Assembly: GCF_006345805.1 (NCBI RefSeq)
Contig: NC_043006.1
Location: 68,882,001-68,946,000 of the forward strand
Length of the DNA stretch: 64,000 nucleotides
DNA from: Octopus sinensis
Taxonomy: Eukaryota
Direction: 5' to 3'
Shown here: positions 24,313 to 38,346 of the stretch, in pieces
How the letters are laid out: each line of letters begins with the position of its first letter
How positions within the stretch are numbered: position 1 is the first letter of the stretch
The notes under the pieces: model-generated
The model's input: the letters and a program-made list of their open reading frames with translations, nothing else
Told to the model about the DNA's origin: nothing
Database searches by the model: none
Made by a program: the position numbers and the translations under genes

Positions 24313-25239
24313 AAAAAAAATGAGGAGAAAAAATAGAAGGAAAGAAAAACGGAGAGAGAAAAATATGAAAGGATTATATGTGTGTGTGCGTACGTGCGTG
24401 CGTGCGTGCGCACGTGTGTTGTCATTATGTATGTATACACAACCACCATATTTCTCTTAGATTAAATTCCGACATGAGCGTAATGTATACCATCTGAAAG
24501 CTATTTGTAGAAAACTTCATTTAAAATTATCCATTTTTCTGTAAGTTATGAGGAAACAAAGTCGACTCTTGTGAAATGTCCGAAACCCCTTTTTTTTCCC
24601 TGCCACCGAAGATTTTTCCTGCTAAATTCCGATATAAACAGAATCTATGTTAACTAAATGTAGAAAATCTTATAAAAACAATATCTATTTTTCTGAAAGT
24701 TATGACTGAACGGACTCGGTGTGACGGACCACACTTGTGTAGGCAGGCCTTTATTACAAGCACACATATCCTATTTCTTAGATGATAGGCTAAGATATGC
24801 GTGAGAGTTGACTGCTATATCTAGTACATCGATCGCCCACATAGCAGCTCCCATGTCGGCATGTTGTTGCCGGACAGGAGTGAGACGTAGAAATTACACT
24901 GAATGACCTCTCTGGATTAACAAGAAACAAATCTTAATTTCACTGGTTTGGTGATGGCGGAGTGGCTGTAGTGGAGTGGGGCGCGGGGGGTTTGATTATT
25001 AAATGGAACAGGTAGTCGCACGCACGCGCATGCGTGTGCATGGTTGTGTTATATTCATGCAAGTGTGTGTGTTAGTTGTTTGAAGTATGTATGCGTAAGT
25101 TGGTGCAGACAAGGAACGAATGAATAAATAAATAAATAAATGGAAGGATAAACCTTCTGAAGACAAATATAAAGAATTGGAATAAGGGAATCATTACAGG
25201 TTCCTGCGTATAAAATGTGTATGTGTGAGCATGACAATG

Positions 25240-25459
25240 AGCATGTGGTGGTGGCGGCGGCGGCTGTGGTGGCGGTGGTGGTGGTGGTTGTGGTAGTGGT
25301 AGTGGTGGTAAGTGATGGTTGTTGGTAGAGATGGTCCTGCTGATGCTAGCGGTGATGGTGGTGGTGGTGGTGATGGTGATGGAGGTGGTGGTGTTGATGG
25401 TGTTGGTGGTGTTGGTGGTGGTGATGGTGGTGGTGGTGGTGGTGCTACTGCTGTTGCTG
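25240..25459. repeat. (GGT/GAT/GTT)n trinucleotide array at SINE C tail
   Basis: Direct reading; the Pro/His/Gly/Val-rich ORFs are artefacts. Confidence 0.9.
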
Positions 25460-25826
25460 TTGAGAGAACGGTCTTCGTCCCAGAGCTCGCAAGATGGGAG
25501 AAGTCCGAAACGTGGTCCTTTGCTATTCGTAAGACCCGCAGAAGAGAAAGCAGGTCAACCCCCGACACCGAGAGCATCGACGGATGGATGAATGCTCATC
25601 TAGGCTCAGCGGTTGCGTAGGAAGTCGGGGACAAGAAATAGGAAGAAAGAGTGAGAGAAAGTTGGGGCGAAAAAGTACAACAGGGGTCGCCACCATCCCC
25701 TGCCGGAGCCTCGTGGAGCTTTAGGTGTTTTCGCTCAATAAACACACACAACGCCCGGTCTGGGAATCGAAACATCGATCCTCCGACCGCGAGTCCGCTG
25801 CCCTAACCATTGGGCCATTGCGCTCC
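25460..25826 (-). mobile_element. SINE family C, tail type 1
   Basis: Reverse-complement match to 1127-1482, with an extra ~12 nt in the tail. Confidence 0.9.
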
Positions 25827-26936
25827 TGCTGCTGCTGCTGATAGTGGTTCTGGATTTCATCTCTCCCCATGGAACGTTACGCAAACGTTGACCCATGTCT
25901 TTTGAGTGACCTCTATGTATGTGCGTATACGTGCCTATACCTATGTGTCTGTATGCATGTAAGAGTATGTGTCGTCCTCTGATGTTGATAGGCAAAAGCT
26001 GTAAACATCGGTGAGAAAATCCGAAAATGGCCCTTTCGAGTGTGTGATGATTGTTCCGCCCAGTTTAAATCAATCTTAACTGTCGTCATCGTATATGCAG
26101 TGGAACGGCAATTACCTAGTTGGAAACTTGTATGCAACAACTTTAATGTTTACAAACATTGTTATTATAATATAGTAATAAAAGTTTTTGTCATAAAGAA
26201 TTCTGCTTCTCAACCACGTGGTTCTGTGTTCGTTAGCGCTGAACGGCATTTTGAGAGAACTGTACTATAAAACAATTTATAATATAAAGGTATAGCAATA
26301 TCAAAGACAATCTATTATGATGTGAAAAAAGAAGGAAGAAAAGGTGACGTTTCGGATAGTTTGTTGCTTGTCAAGAATTAGTTGAGAAGAGAAATAGTAG
26401 TTTCCTAGTGAGGTCAGAGTTACTTATCTTCGGTATCAGGTACTGAAGAGAAATAAAGGGTTCAAAAGGCATCCAGCAATCCAATAATATGTCTAAGTTT
26501 TCTATAGTATTTTGATAGTTTTTTTTTGTCTTGGGCGAGAATGTTTTTTCATGCAAAACTGCAGAGAAAAGCATTTTTACGAGTTCAAGTATCTTTCAGA
26601 TATAATTGAATAAGTCTTAAGTTTGTTCATATGCGTGTGTATGTGTGTATGTGTGTATGTGTGTATGTGTGTGTATGCACACACACACACACACACCACA
26701 CACACACACACGCACATACACGTTTGTATAATGGCATATTTATAACGAAATATCAAAGATAGTATTTAAAATGTACAAAAACAAAACTGTAACAAAATAC
26801 AAACTGGAATTTTTTATACCACTTCAGGATACACACACGCACTCATACATACATACATACATACATACATACATACATACATACATACATACATACATAC
26901 ATACTTTTATGTATATCGTTAAACATTGCATATATA

Positions 26937-27079
26937 CAGGAGTGGCTGTGTGGTAAGTAGCTTGCTTGCCAACTACATGGTTTCGGGTTTTGGGCAAATG
27001 TCTTCTACCAAAACCTTCGATCGATCAAAGCCTTGTGATTGGATTTGGTAGACGGAAACTGAAAGAAGCCCGTCGTATT

Positions 27080-27118
<39 letters not shown>

Positions 27119-27340
27119 GTGTGTGTGTTTGTGTTTCTGTATTTGTCCCCCCAACATCGCTTGACAACCGATGCTGATGTGTTTACGTCCCCGTAACCTA
27201 GTGGTTCGGCAAAAGAGACCGATAGAATAAGTACTAAACTTACAAAGAATAAGTCTTGGAGTCAATTTTCTCGACTAAAGGCGGTGTTCTAGCATGGCCA
27301 CAGTCAAATGACTGAAACAAATAAAAGATAAAAGAAAAAG
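26937..27340 (+). mobile_element. SINE family B
   Basis: Head caggagtggctgtgtggtaagtagcttgc through tail catggccacagtcaaatgactgaaac. Confidence 0.9.
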
Positions 27341-28270
27341 AGAAATATAACACACATACTCACACGCACACACACACATATATATACATCTATATATTTC
27401 CTAACTCTTGAATTAACCTGCATACATACATACCTACGCAGCTACCCTACCTATCTGCCTACGTACATACATATGAGCATACAATCATACATAAATACAT
27501 GCCTACGTAAATACATACTTATGTGTTACACATTCATATATATATGCGTGTGCATATACACACATACACATACACATATATATGTATGTACGTCTGTATG
27601 TATATATGTATATAACCTGGAATGTACCCCAACTAAACATAAAGATACAGTTTTTCAGAGAGTCGAGAATGAAACCGAAGGCAAATTCTTGTTGATTTTA
27701 GCCAACAGGAAATGCAGAAAGCGCCCACCTCCACCATTTTCACCATTGCACATTAACTAACTTAATTGATACATTTTAGAAGCATTTAGCCACGTCATAA
27801 TCCTCATGAATTGTATAAAAAACATAAGACTGATTATTCAACAAATATGTAAAATAGGCGCAAATAAGTATACTAAGATCGATTTCTGCTAGATCTACAG
27901 ATTTTAGGTGGTTTACCCCATGCAGACTGTGAACATTAAACAGTATGGATGGGTGATCATGCGCCACTCTTAATCGCTGTATAAACACATTAAAATATTT
28001 ATTACATTTGGGCCTGATAAATTTTCTTCGAGCAATTAAATGAAATGTATTAATTAAGCGACAAAAACATTTATGTGCGTGTTAAGTATAGACATCAAAC
28101 TATTTAACCAATCTACGCACACATTTATATGTGTGTATATGTATGTATATCTGTGAGTGTGTCTGTATATACACACACACACACAAATATATATATACAC
28201 ACATACACATATGTATACACATGCACACATATGAATATATATATAAACATTTACTAACACACATACATAC

Positions 28271-28398
28271 ATTTGTATCGACAGTTGGCTCTGATTTGCT
28301 GTGCTAGAAAGTTTCTCAGACGCAAACAGCGGTAATTCGGTGGCGATAACACTGACTGATAAGGTAGCTGCAGTTACTAAATAAGAGATGAAGCTCAT
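28271..28398 (-). CDS. Candidate first coding exon of a secreted or membrane protein (host gene unidentified)
   Basis: aataaaaATGAGC start; MSFISYLVTAATLSVSVIATELPLFASEKLSSTANQSQLSIQ has a hydrophobic N-terminus and an NQS sequon. Donor AAT|GTATGT at 28270. Upstream acceptor (CT)n-CAG| at 28599, with no ATG in the 200 nt between. A further donor AAG|GTAAGA at 29097. Lies in non-repetitive DNA; no homology recognised. Confidence 0.45.
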
Positions 28399-30183
28399 TT
28401 TTATTAGCCTGTTCAGTTCACGTGATGGAAACAGTTACTTCGGCTACTGTTAAGTGTTATTGCAACTTGCAGGGGATTGAAATAATTCTAGTGCAAAGTA
28501 TAGTAGCAACAGCTACTGCTTCCGTTAAAAATCCAGTGAAATTAGAAGTTTCAAGAAAATGCAAAAAATAATATTAACAACTGATGGCTTAAAATTGGCT
28601 GAGAGAGAGAGAGAGAGCTCTGTTGGTGGCAGCAGTATGAACGTTTAGCTTTCATGTTAAGGGTTAGAGTGAGCTGTGGAAATGTGTGCAGTTTCTCAGT
28701 GAGACAGAAACAACAGCTCTACGCTCAGGATGAGCAAGAAGGATTCTTGTCAAGAAAGTCCTAGGTTACACTGGGTAGAGCATTTATCTTGTCTGGAAGA
28801 TTCCAGTTTAAATGCAGGAAAGTGGAGCTTTTCCTCTTCTAGGACTTGAAGGAGCACATGTTCTTTCTAAACATATACTTGAATTTGTTACTTGCAAGTC
28901 ATATAATTCCTCAGGATACCATAAAGTGGAGTAAAAGTCACTCAGTAGAAAGGTAAAAATCTACTCAGTAGAAAAATAGATTGGTTTCATACCGACACAT
29001 GAGCTAAGACTTGCGTGTGTGTTTTCTGTTACAGCGTGCTTTATTGAAAACGATGATGTCTCTGCAAGAATAACTAAATTTATCTTGCCTATCTTACCTT
29101 AAAATAACTTTCTTGCCTTTCATGTCTTAAAATAACAGCACAAAAAGTAAACTGACACAGACTAACCGCCATTTACAAGAGCTGAGGAATAAGAAAAATA
29201 CATTGGTCTAATTTTAATAACAATGACTGTGTTCGATTGATAATTGAAATGCTATTAAAAGACCATTGAGTTCGTCATCTCTCAGTAGTAAATGCCAGAC
29301 TTTCATATCTGTGGCTGTTTACAGAAGTGTCCAAGTAAAAACATTCATAGTCTTGATAAGCTTTCCATAATTGTAGGTTACAAGTCTTGGGTTTAGTTCA
29401 ACGTACAGCAAATCATATTGAAAACATGTGAATCTGTTTTGTAAAATTCCTTTATATTGAACGCAATCTAAAATATGCAACCAATCTTTGTGAAATATTG
29501 CTGAGCACGCTCTTATACCATGGGTATAGCTAAAATCCTTGATTTTAAATGGAAAATTTGAGGGTTGTCTTATAAAATAAGTCACCTTAAACCTTCTACA
29601 CACACACATACACCGCATTCAGCCTGTTAAACTGGAACAGCGATCATCAGACAATTAGAACAAACGCACTCATATAAAATGTCAAGGAACAGATGAAGCT
29701 AATGAAATGCACCGTTGAAAAGAAGGAGAAAATTAGAAAAGAGTACAACAAGATGTAAATATTAAATATTGAATTAAAATATCAGAAATAAGATAAGAGA
29801 AACCAGTTAAGTTATAACATAAAGCTTCAGTACATTAGAAGCGAAGTAAATAGACGTGTTTACATTAAGAAAAGAAGAAAACGATTAAGTACATTCTGAA
29901 TTAACCGTTCTAAAGATGATATAGATAGGATGTACCAACTGTGTGTACAAAAGGAGGTGGGGAAATGATAGAAATAAAGAATTATTACAAAATAACCACA
30001 GTTGGTCTAGGAAAAAATATTTAGAAGTAAACAATACAATAGTAGACTATTTCGGATATTAAGTATGAAAATACAAATTTTCAGACTGTCATATATGTGT
30101 TCGTCTGTGTGTGTGTGTGTGTATAAGTATATATGTACGTATGTGTGTGTATGTATATATATATATATGTATATATATGTGTG

Positions 30184-30217
<34 letters not shown>

Positions 30218-30287
30218 TATATGTATATTTATACATACAAACACACACACACACGCACACACACACGCACACACACACACACACACG

Positions 30288-30346
<59 letters not shown>

Positions 30347-30480
30347 GTAAGTATGTATGCTTATATGTATGCACGTCTGTATGTATATGAGAGCAATGTA
30401 ATTCAAACTGGGCAGTAATAATCTTGAAGATGTTTAGATGACAAAAATAACACCCTCCATACTCCTCCTCCTCCTCCTCC

Positions 30481-30536
<56 letters not shown>

Positions 30537-30779
30537 TTCATCATCATCATCATCATCATTATTATCGACAACAGCAAAAGTAACAGTGATTTCTTTAATT
30601 AGCCTCAAGGATCCAAGACATTCATGTCAAAAGAAAGACGGCATACAAACATACGAAAAGAGAACTTTACAACTGAAATAACAAAAAACGAACAACAAAA
30701 ACAAACTAAAGCATCCCATGAAGCAAACGGACAAGACGAGAAACAAAAAAAAACATAAATTAAGCATGAACTACAATCA

Positions 30780-31030
30780 AAAACTGAGAGTCTGAGTTTG
30801 GAGCCACAGCATCACAGCTTAATAAGTAAAATACTGCAGAAAGTAACCCCAACATGACCTGCTAGAAATAGTAACCAAATCTCATTCAGATTACAGCCGA
30901 CCAATTTAAAAAATGCAGAGATCGATTATATGATAAAGACATGGATACACTACATCGCAAGAAGAATCGATAGGATCACGATCGGAACTCATTTTGGGGC
31001 TGACCTAGGGTTCAACAGTGAAAACAATAT
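30780..31030 (+). mobile_element. Decayed SINE-like repeat (ctgctagaaatag..ccaaatct / ggatacacta / gggctgacctaggg type)
   Basis: The same motifs recur at about 15380-15435, 17190-17260, 24770-24840, 36040-36100, 43140-43310 and 50360-50510. Confidence 0.55.
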
Positions 31031-31059
31031 TGCGAAGGTACCCACGCTACTGCAGTTAG

Positions 31060-31260
31060 TCTTTTACTCTGTTTACTTGTTTTAGTCATTTGACTACGGC
31101 CATGCTGGAGCACCGCCTTTTAGTCGAAGAAATCGACCCCTGGACTTATACTTTGTAAGCCTAGTATCTATTCTAACGGCCTCATTTTGCCGAACCACTC
31201 ATTTTCGGGGACGTAAACATACTGATATCGGTTGTGAAGCAATGGTGGTGGTGGGGGAAA
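31060..31260 (-). mobile_element. SINE family B, 3' part
   Basis: ttttactctgtttacttgttttagtcatttgactacggccatgctggagcaccgcc...gggacgtaaac. Confidence 0.85.
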
Positions 31261-31272
31261 ACAGGCACACAA

Positions 31273-31334
<62 letters not shown>

Positions 31335-31354
31335 ACAACACACACACACATACA

Positions 31355-31725
31355 CACATTCTTTTATTCTTTTACTTGCTTCAGTCATTTTACTGCGGCC
31401 AGGTTGGAGCACAGCCTTTAGACGAAGAAATCGACCCCGGGACCTTTTTGGTCCCGGGATCGGTTTTTGCCGAACCACTAAGTTACGGGGACGTAAAGAC
31501 ACCAACATCGGTTGTCAAGTGATGGTGTGGGACAAACATATATATATATATATATATATACGATGGGCTTCTTTCAGTTTCCATCTACAAAATCCACTCA
31601 CTAGACTTTGGTCGGACCGATGCTATAGTAGAAGAAACTCGCCCAAGGTGTCACGTAGTGGGACTGAACCCCGAACCATGTGGTTGGGGAAGCAAGCTTC
31701 TTACGACACTGCCACTCCTGCGATG
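31355..31725 (-). mobile_element. SINE family B, full length
   Basis: Tail at 31360-31410, head cttcttacgacactgccactcctgcg at 31700-31722. Confidence 0.85.
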
Positions 31726-31964
31726 AAAACACTCGATCCCGAATGCACTGGAACTCACCATCTACTGGGCCACTGCCCGATAGTCTTAGTGGCGGTTACT
31801 ATCCGAAACCTTGAACGCAAGCCTTCCCATTTGTACCAACTCACCAATAGCGCCCGATGGATCTAGCGGTGGAAGCCCTGGCAACGACAACAACGCTCGC
31901 ATAAAGGAAGACACGGCTTCGAGCCGATAGTAACCAGTCACCTATTCTCACCTACTACACATAT

Positions 31965-32325
31965 CATTTTCAAATTTTGGCACAAAGCCAGTAATTTTAG
32001 GGAAGGATAAACCATTATATCGACCCCAGTGTTCAATTGATAGCCATTTTATCGATTCCGAAAGGATAAAAGGCAAATTCGACGACAGTTATAGATATTA
32101 TTTTCTACTCTAGGTACAAGGCTCAAAATTTTGGGGGAGGGTGCTAGTCGATTAGATCGACCTCAGTACGCAACTGGTACTTATTTTTTTATTATTATTA
32201 TTTACTCTAGGCACAAGGCCCGAAATTTTGGGGGAAGGGGCTAGTCCATAGTTCGACCCCAGTACGCAACTGGTACTTAATTTATCGACCCGGAAAGGAT
32301 GAAAGGCAAAGTTGACATCGGCGGA

Positions 32326-32368
<43 letters not shown>

Positions 32369-32373
32369 TATTA

Positions 32374-32413
<40 letters not shown>

Positions 32414-32557
32414 ATCTAGGCACAAGTCCCGAAATTTTTTTGGTGGGGGGCGGGGTAGCGGCTAGTCGATTAGATCGAACCCAGTACGCAGCTGGTACTT
32501 AATTTATCGACCCCTCGAAAGGATGATGGGCAAAGTCGACCTCGGCGGAATTATTTT
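31965..32557 (-). mobile_element. Stack of four co-oriented, 5'-truncated SINE family A copies with (ATT)n spacers
   Basis: Copies at about 31965-32085, 32101-32190, 32200-32328 and 32412-32553; aca(g/a)ttatagatatta repeated at 32085-32100 and 32558-32573. Confidence 0.85.
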
Positions 32558-32823
32558 ACAATTATAGATATTACCTCTAGTTTTGCCTACATTAGCAGTA
32601 GTAGTGCCAGCACCATAACCACTGCCACCCCTACGGCTAATGTAGGCAAAACTAGAAGTAAAATATCTACTACATCCACTGTTATCGCCACCGCCATCAC
32701 CACCATGAACATCATCTCTATCACAGCATGACTATTGCCACCTCCGTCTGCATTACGACAGCAACAACAACAGTATTATCGGTTGTTGACACTAATAAAG
32801 CCATCATAAGATCCGCACAGTTC

Positions 32824-32899
<76 letters not shown>

Positions 32900-33164
32900 C
32901 GTGTGTGTGTGTGCGTGTGTGCGTGTGTGTGTGTGTGAGTGTATGTACATACATATATATATATATAATATATGTATATATACATACATACCACCCATAT
33001 ATAAATATATATATACACATATATATCTTTATATATAAAAGTAATATATATATATTATATATATATATATGCGTTACTACAGGGTCCGTATCCAAATTGA
33101 TTTGATATAAATATGCATACATACATACATACATATATACATATATGCATATATACATATATAA

Positions 33165-33207
<43 letters not shown>

Positions 33208-33896
33208 GTATATATATATATATATATATATATGATGTATATATAATATATGTATATGTATATGTATGTGTATATATATATGTATAAATATACATACATG
33301 TATATATATATAGTCTATATATACATATATATATATATATTATATATACATATATATCTATATATATATATCTATATGTGTGTGTGTGTGTATATGTATA
33401 TGTATATATGTATTTATATGTGTGTATGTGTATGAACGTTACATTTTAAAAATGTACACAGACTTTATAACCCATCGAGATATGAGCTGGCATTTTTATA
33501 GCCTATATATGTGTGTGTGCGCGTGTGTGTGCATGTGTGTGTGTGTGTGCGCGTGCGTGTACAGACACGTAGAAATGCGTATTTACGTATATGTACACTC
33601 GACATTATATTCTACAATATATATAAATAAATAAAATAATAATAATAATAATAATAATTATAATATTAATTATATATATATATATATATACACACATATA
33701 TATATTATATTATATTATATTATATACATTATATACTAATCCCTATAAAATACAGTTTTATATCCAAGTGGATTGATATATTTCTATATCATATTTTATG
33801 TTTTGTTTATGACTTTCAGTATTTTTATAACTTGGTTAACTACATGCTAGCTCACAATGCCCTTGCGGGTCACCTGAATATATATACTATACATAT

Positions 33897-33959
<63 letters not shown>

Positions 33960-34032
33960 TTTATAATATATATATGTGCATATACATATATTTATGTACG
34001 TGCGTCTGTGTATCTCTCTCCCTCTGTGTCTG

Positions 34033-34076
<44 letters not shown>

Positions 34077-34424
34077 CCTACCTATCTATCTGTCTATTTA
34101 TTTATCGCTCTCTATGTCTGTGTTTGTGTGTCTGTCTGTCTATCTCCCTTTCTCTCTCTCTCCTCCTCCCCCGCTCTGTCTCTCTCCCCCTAGAGAAAGA
34201 TAGATAGATGGATGTCGTTAGGTGAAGAAACGAAAGTAGCACTCAGCATTTGGAATTGGATGTTTGTGAGTTTGCCAGTTTTGCAATAATCAAAGCTTCG
34301 TGGGCGCAAATGAACGAACGCCCACAACATCAGATATACAAAGTCGTAGATCTCATACGTATACAAATATATACATGAACATCGCTAGCCACTACATTTA
34401 TTCTTTATTTTCTCTCTTTGTTTC

Positions 34425-34557
34425 TTTCTGTGTTCCTTTCTGTGGAAGAGCGTAGGCTCGAAACGTTAAAGACTTCTTCACTTCCCGAGCGTTATATTAA
34501 TACATCTGTTTGTTGTCTACACCACCTATCCTCGTCTTTTTTTGTGAATTCTCCCTA
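34425..34557 (+). mobile_element. Short Penelope-pLTR-like repeat with minimal hammerhead-like motif, ending at (TA)n
   Basis: cttt CTGTGGA agagc gtag gctc GAAA cg tt aaag ... gtgaattctccc tatata. Confidence 0.6.
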
Positions 34558-36559
34558 TATACATATATGTACATACACACATATATATACATATATACAT
34601 GCATACATATTTTATGCCAAGAAATTAGGCATTAAGACACTAAAGGTAACAAAACCTAACTCCACATCTCATCTCAAAATACAACCGTATATATCAACGC
34701 ACAACCCATGAAACAATGAAGCATACAGCATTGTTGTTCACAATCTACCTATGTTCACTAGGGATCCAAAAATGAACAGCATTCTGAAAGCACATAAATT
34801 CATCAAAAATAAAAAGCAACACAAATCGCTGAAATGACTTCTGAGAAATGCGAAGCTCTATACAACCACGAAACCAATGGTTAAAAAATGTGGACGTCCA
34901 AAAGTGTGGAACATGCCCCAAGCTACTGGAAGGCTCATAATTGCTATTCAAGCAAGAAGGGAGGTTCAAAATTAAAACGAACTTCACTTGTGCTCCCGAG
35001 AATCTAATTTATGTTATAACTTGCTCAGGTTGTAGATATAACTATATAGGACAGACATGTATGGCACTTAGACGGTAAACCACACTACATAAGGAACAGA
35101 CACGTTTCCCAAAGTACAGACAGATTCCTTTGAGTGAACACATAGAGAGATGTGCTGGTAAAAATCAACCAACTTCACAGTTTTCCCCATCTACCAGCGC
35201 AAAGAAACAACTTCTGTACAACAATGTTTGAATAAAGAAAATTTATCGAAAAATGCAGAACTTGCCTAAATATGACTTCATTACCAACTCAATATATATT
35301 TTATGATCCCATATCCATCACTGTACATATTTCCTGTCACTACTCTAGCTTTTGAGTTTTTGTATATTTGTTTATACTCTACCCGCCAAAACATGAGCAA
35401 TTACTTCCCTTGTCCCAAATAATAACTATGTGGTTGGGAAGCAAGCTTCTTACCACACAGCCACAGATCGTATATATGTATACTTTAACTTCAGTTAAAA
35501 CCTTATATCGTGTGTCTAAGTAAAATATCAGCGTTGACCTTGTCACGGTTGGTTTGCATCGACCATGGATACTAACACTTTCTCCAGAACAAATAACAAC
35601 AATGAGGACGATGACAACAACAACAGCAAAAAACAACGGCAACAGCAACAACAACAATAATAATGAAACGAAATAATAATGCAACCTAAATAAGAATAGA
35701 AAAGGCCTCGGACATTAACGAGAAAAAATGTGGTTACTGCAAGGACGAACACTGGCCCAGAAATCTCGCAACAGAGGGTCGATGAAGTACGTGCCAGTCA
35801 GCTATTGTGATCCACTACATCATAAAAATCTCTTCTCCAAACTTTCTAGAAATCAATATCACATCAATACAACAAATTTTGTAGAACGACCATGATTGAA
35901 CTTAGATAAAAGAAATCCATTAATACTTGATGAATGATCAGAGTAACAGTTGTGACACGACCGTTTAGAAATGGAAGTCTATTCTTTTTCATAATATACG
36001 CTATACGCTCTAAAAACTGAAGAATATTAGGCTAATGAGGTTTTAGATATACCTAAAGCCAAGGGTGGTCACGGCTGAAATGTTTTGATCAGTGGTCTTT
36101 TAGATGAAGAATGACCGGATGCTAAACAGTATCTTCAATAATCTTTCTGGTCATTGACCAGTTTTCAGCTAAATTGTTTTCTGAGATATTCCATTACCAC
36201 CAACACAGCATCGCCTGGTTAGCTAGCATTAGTGGGATCAGAGCTTCACTCATGTCCTAAAGTCATATTGTTGATCAAAGCTCATGTTTGTTCTTAGTTA
36301 CTATTAATGTATATTTAAGAGTCACTCTGAAACAAAGCGAAGCGAGCATAGTCCTGTAGAGAAGTTCACGTCGTGCTGAGTACGATCAAACTGCGCAGCA
36401 CCTTGGGTAATTCTTTTCTTCCATAACCGCCTCGGATTCACTAAATTTCTCCTGATTTGAATTCGGTGGAGGGAAACAGTGGGAAACTTGTCATACAGTG
36501 TTCACTCCACACACACACACCACACACACACATGCGCGCACACACGCATAAAGAATGAA

Positions 36560-36790
36560 AATCCATCCCTAGAGATATAGAGTCATTTAGCCGGTTTCTC
36601 GGATTCTGTAACCTATATACTTCCCCACTCGACGGGTCGTCGGCTCCTCGCAGGAGTACCATTTTCCCCAGCAAAGTGAATTGAGGCAACAGGAAAAGAA
36701 GCGTTTTGCTCAAGAACACTAAATCCTGGAACCGAAATCATTGTCTTACGATCAAGATGGCAGTGCCTTAATCACCAAGCCATGCGTTTC
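36560..36790 (-). mobile_element. tRNA-derived SINE family D, decayed
   Basis: gaggcaacaggaaaagaagcgttttgctcaagaacac..gaaccgaaatc..ccttaatcaccaagccatgcg; related to 42448-42690 and 60060-60255. Confidence 0.65.
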
Positions 36791-37898
36791 CATAAACTTT
36801 AAGTTTAGAGATAATATAAGAAAGTTTTCCACCTCACTCACTGCATACGCATGGCAGCTAAAGAACTCAAACAAACGATTTACATCTTATAGTTAATCTT
36901 ATCAAGAGCCAAACCATACAACCATAAAAAGCCATACCAATTATATCCAATAGAGAAATATGAAGTTTGTTTGCTAACGATACTTTAATAAACAAAGATC
37001 CTTTTTGCAAACGCCAGACGTATAATACACGAAAACATTTTAAACTTATAATCTTCAAGAATGAGTAGAGCCCACAATGGCTAAAAAAACCCCTCCTTTC
37101 ATCCTTTAATAAACAAAAATCTTTGCAACCACCACATGTACAAAAAATGGGATCATTTAAATCTAACAAAATTCAGAAATGAATTGGACTCACGATGGTT
37201 TAAAAAAGCGCTGTTTTACTTGCATGATTATATTTGCATCCACATCTTGCTTTACATGTGTATGTAATATATATATACAAGGATGTGTATATGCATGTGT
37301 ACCAGTAGGTGTGTATTGAATTCTAGTTAGGAGAAAATACTGTTCATTATTACATTAAAAAATAAAAGAAATGAACGCCAGTGGCCCGAATATATCTCCA
37401 CCGTTTCCTGGAGAATGCAACCCTGGTGGGTTTATTACATTTTAGTTCTCACTTCTGTCGAACCCACTTCAAATTCCCCCTACTTAAGAGAAAAGGGAAA
37501 CCCAGTGTGTCGATGTCATTTTATTGCTCTTTACTCTAGGGCACACATATACTGCCCCCTACTATTTTCTGAGTAAGGTAACCCCAGTGTATTTATAAGA
37601 ATACAGTGCTTTCAATAAGGAGGTAATCTCTTCTTTTTATAGAATCGCTTAACACCATTTTATAGAAGCAATAAACTCGAAATTAGATAGAGGTGTAAGG
37701 TTTGTGTGTGTGTGTGTGTATATATATATTATATATATATATATATATGTTTATGTGTGTATATTATTGTGTAGATATAGTATGTCTTTCTACTGTGTTA
37801 TATATGGACATATGTTTGCATTTAAACATGCATCTATGTAGATATAAATATGTATGTATGTATATATGTATGTATGTGTGTGTATATCTATCTATCTA

Positions 37899-37978
<80 letters not shown>

Positions 37979-38072
37979 GCATACACACACATCACACACA
38001 TAGCCACATATTGTATATATATGTATATATGATAATAATAATGATAATAATAATAATAATAATAATAATAAT

Positions 38073-38110
<38 letters not shown>

Positions 38111-38309
38111 TTAAATACATACAGACATACACATACGCATGCGCGCACACTCGCATATATATAGGTACATATATACACATATCTATAGATACAGATATAC
38201 TTATGCACACACACACATATACTTGGATGTGTGTTTGTGTGTGATTCGTAATAATAACCACAATAATTTCAACTCTTAGTAAGCAATATATGTGTGTGCA
38301 TTAGTATGC

Positions 38310-38346
<37 letters not shown>

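Noticed and set aside
28844-28952. Possible + strand exon (ttttcctcttctag|GACTTG...GAAAG|gtaaaa) with one open frame
   Set aside because: Weak donor, unrecognisable peptide, and it conflicts with the better-supported minus-strand structure.
29319-29618. 99-aa minus-strand ORF in the repeat-poor island
   Set aside because: Starts in a (TG) tract and has no motif; it may be UTR or promoter sequence of the candidate gene rather than CDS.
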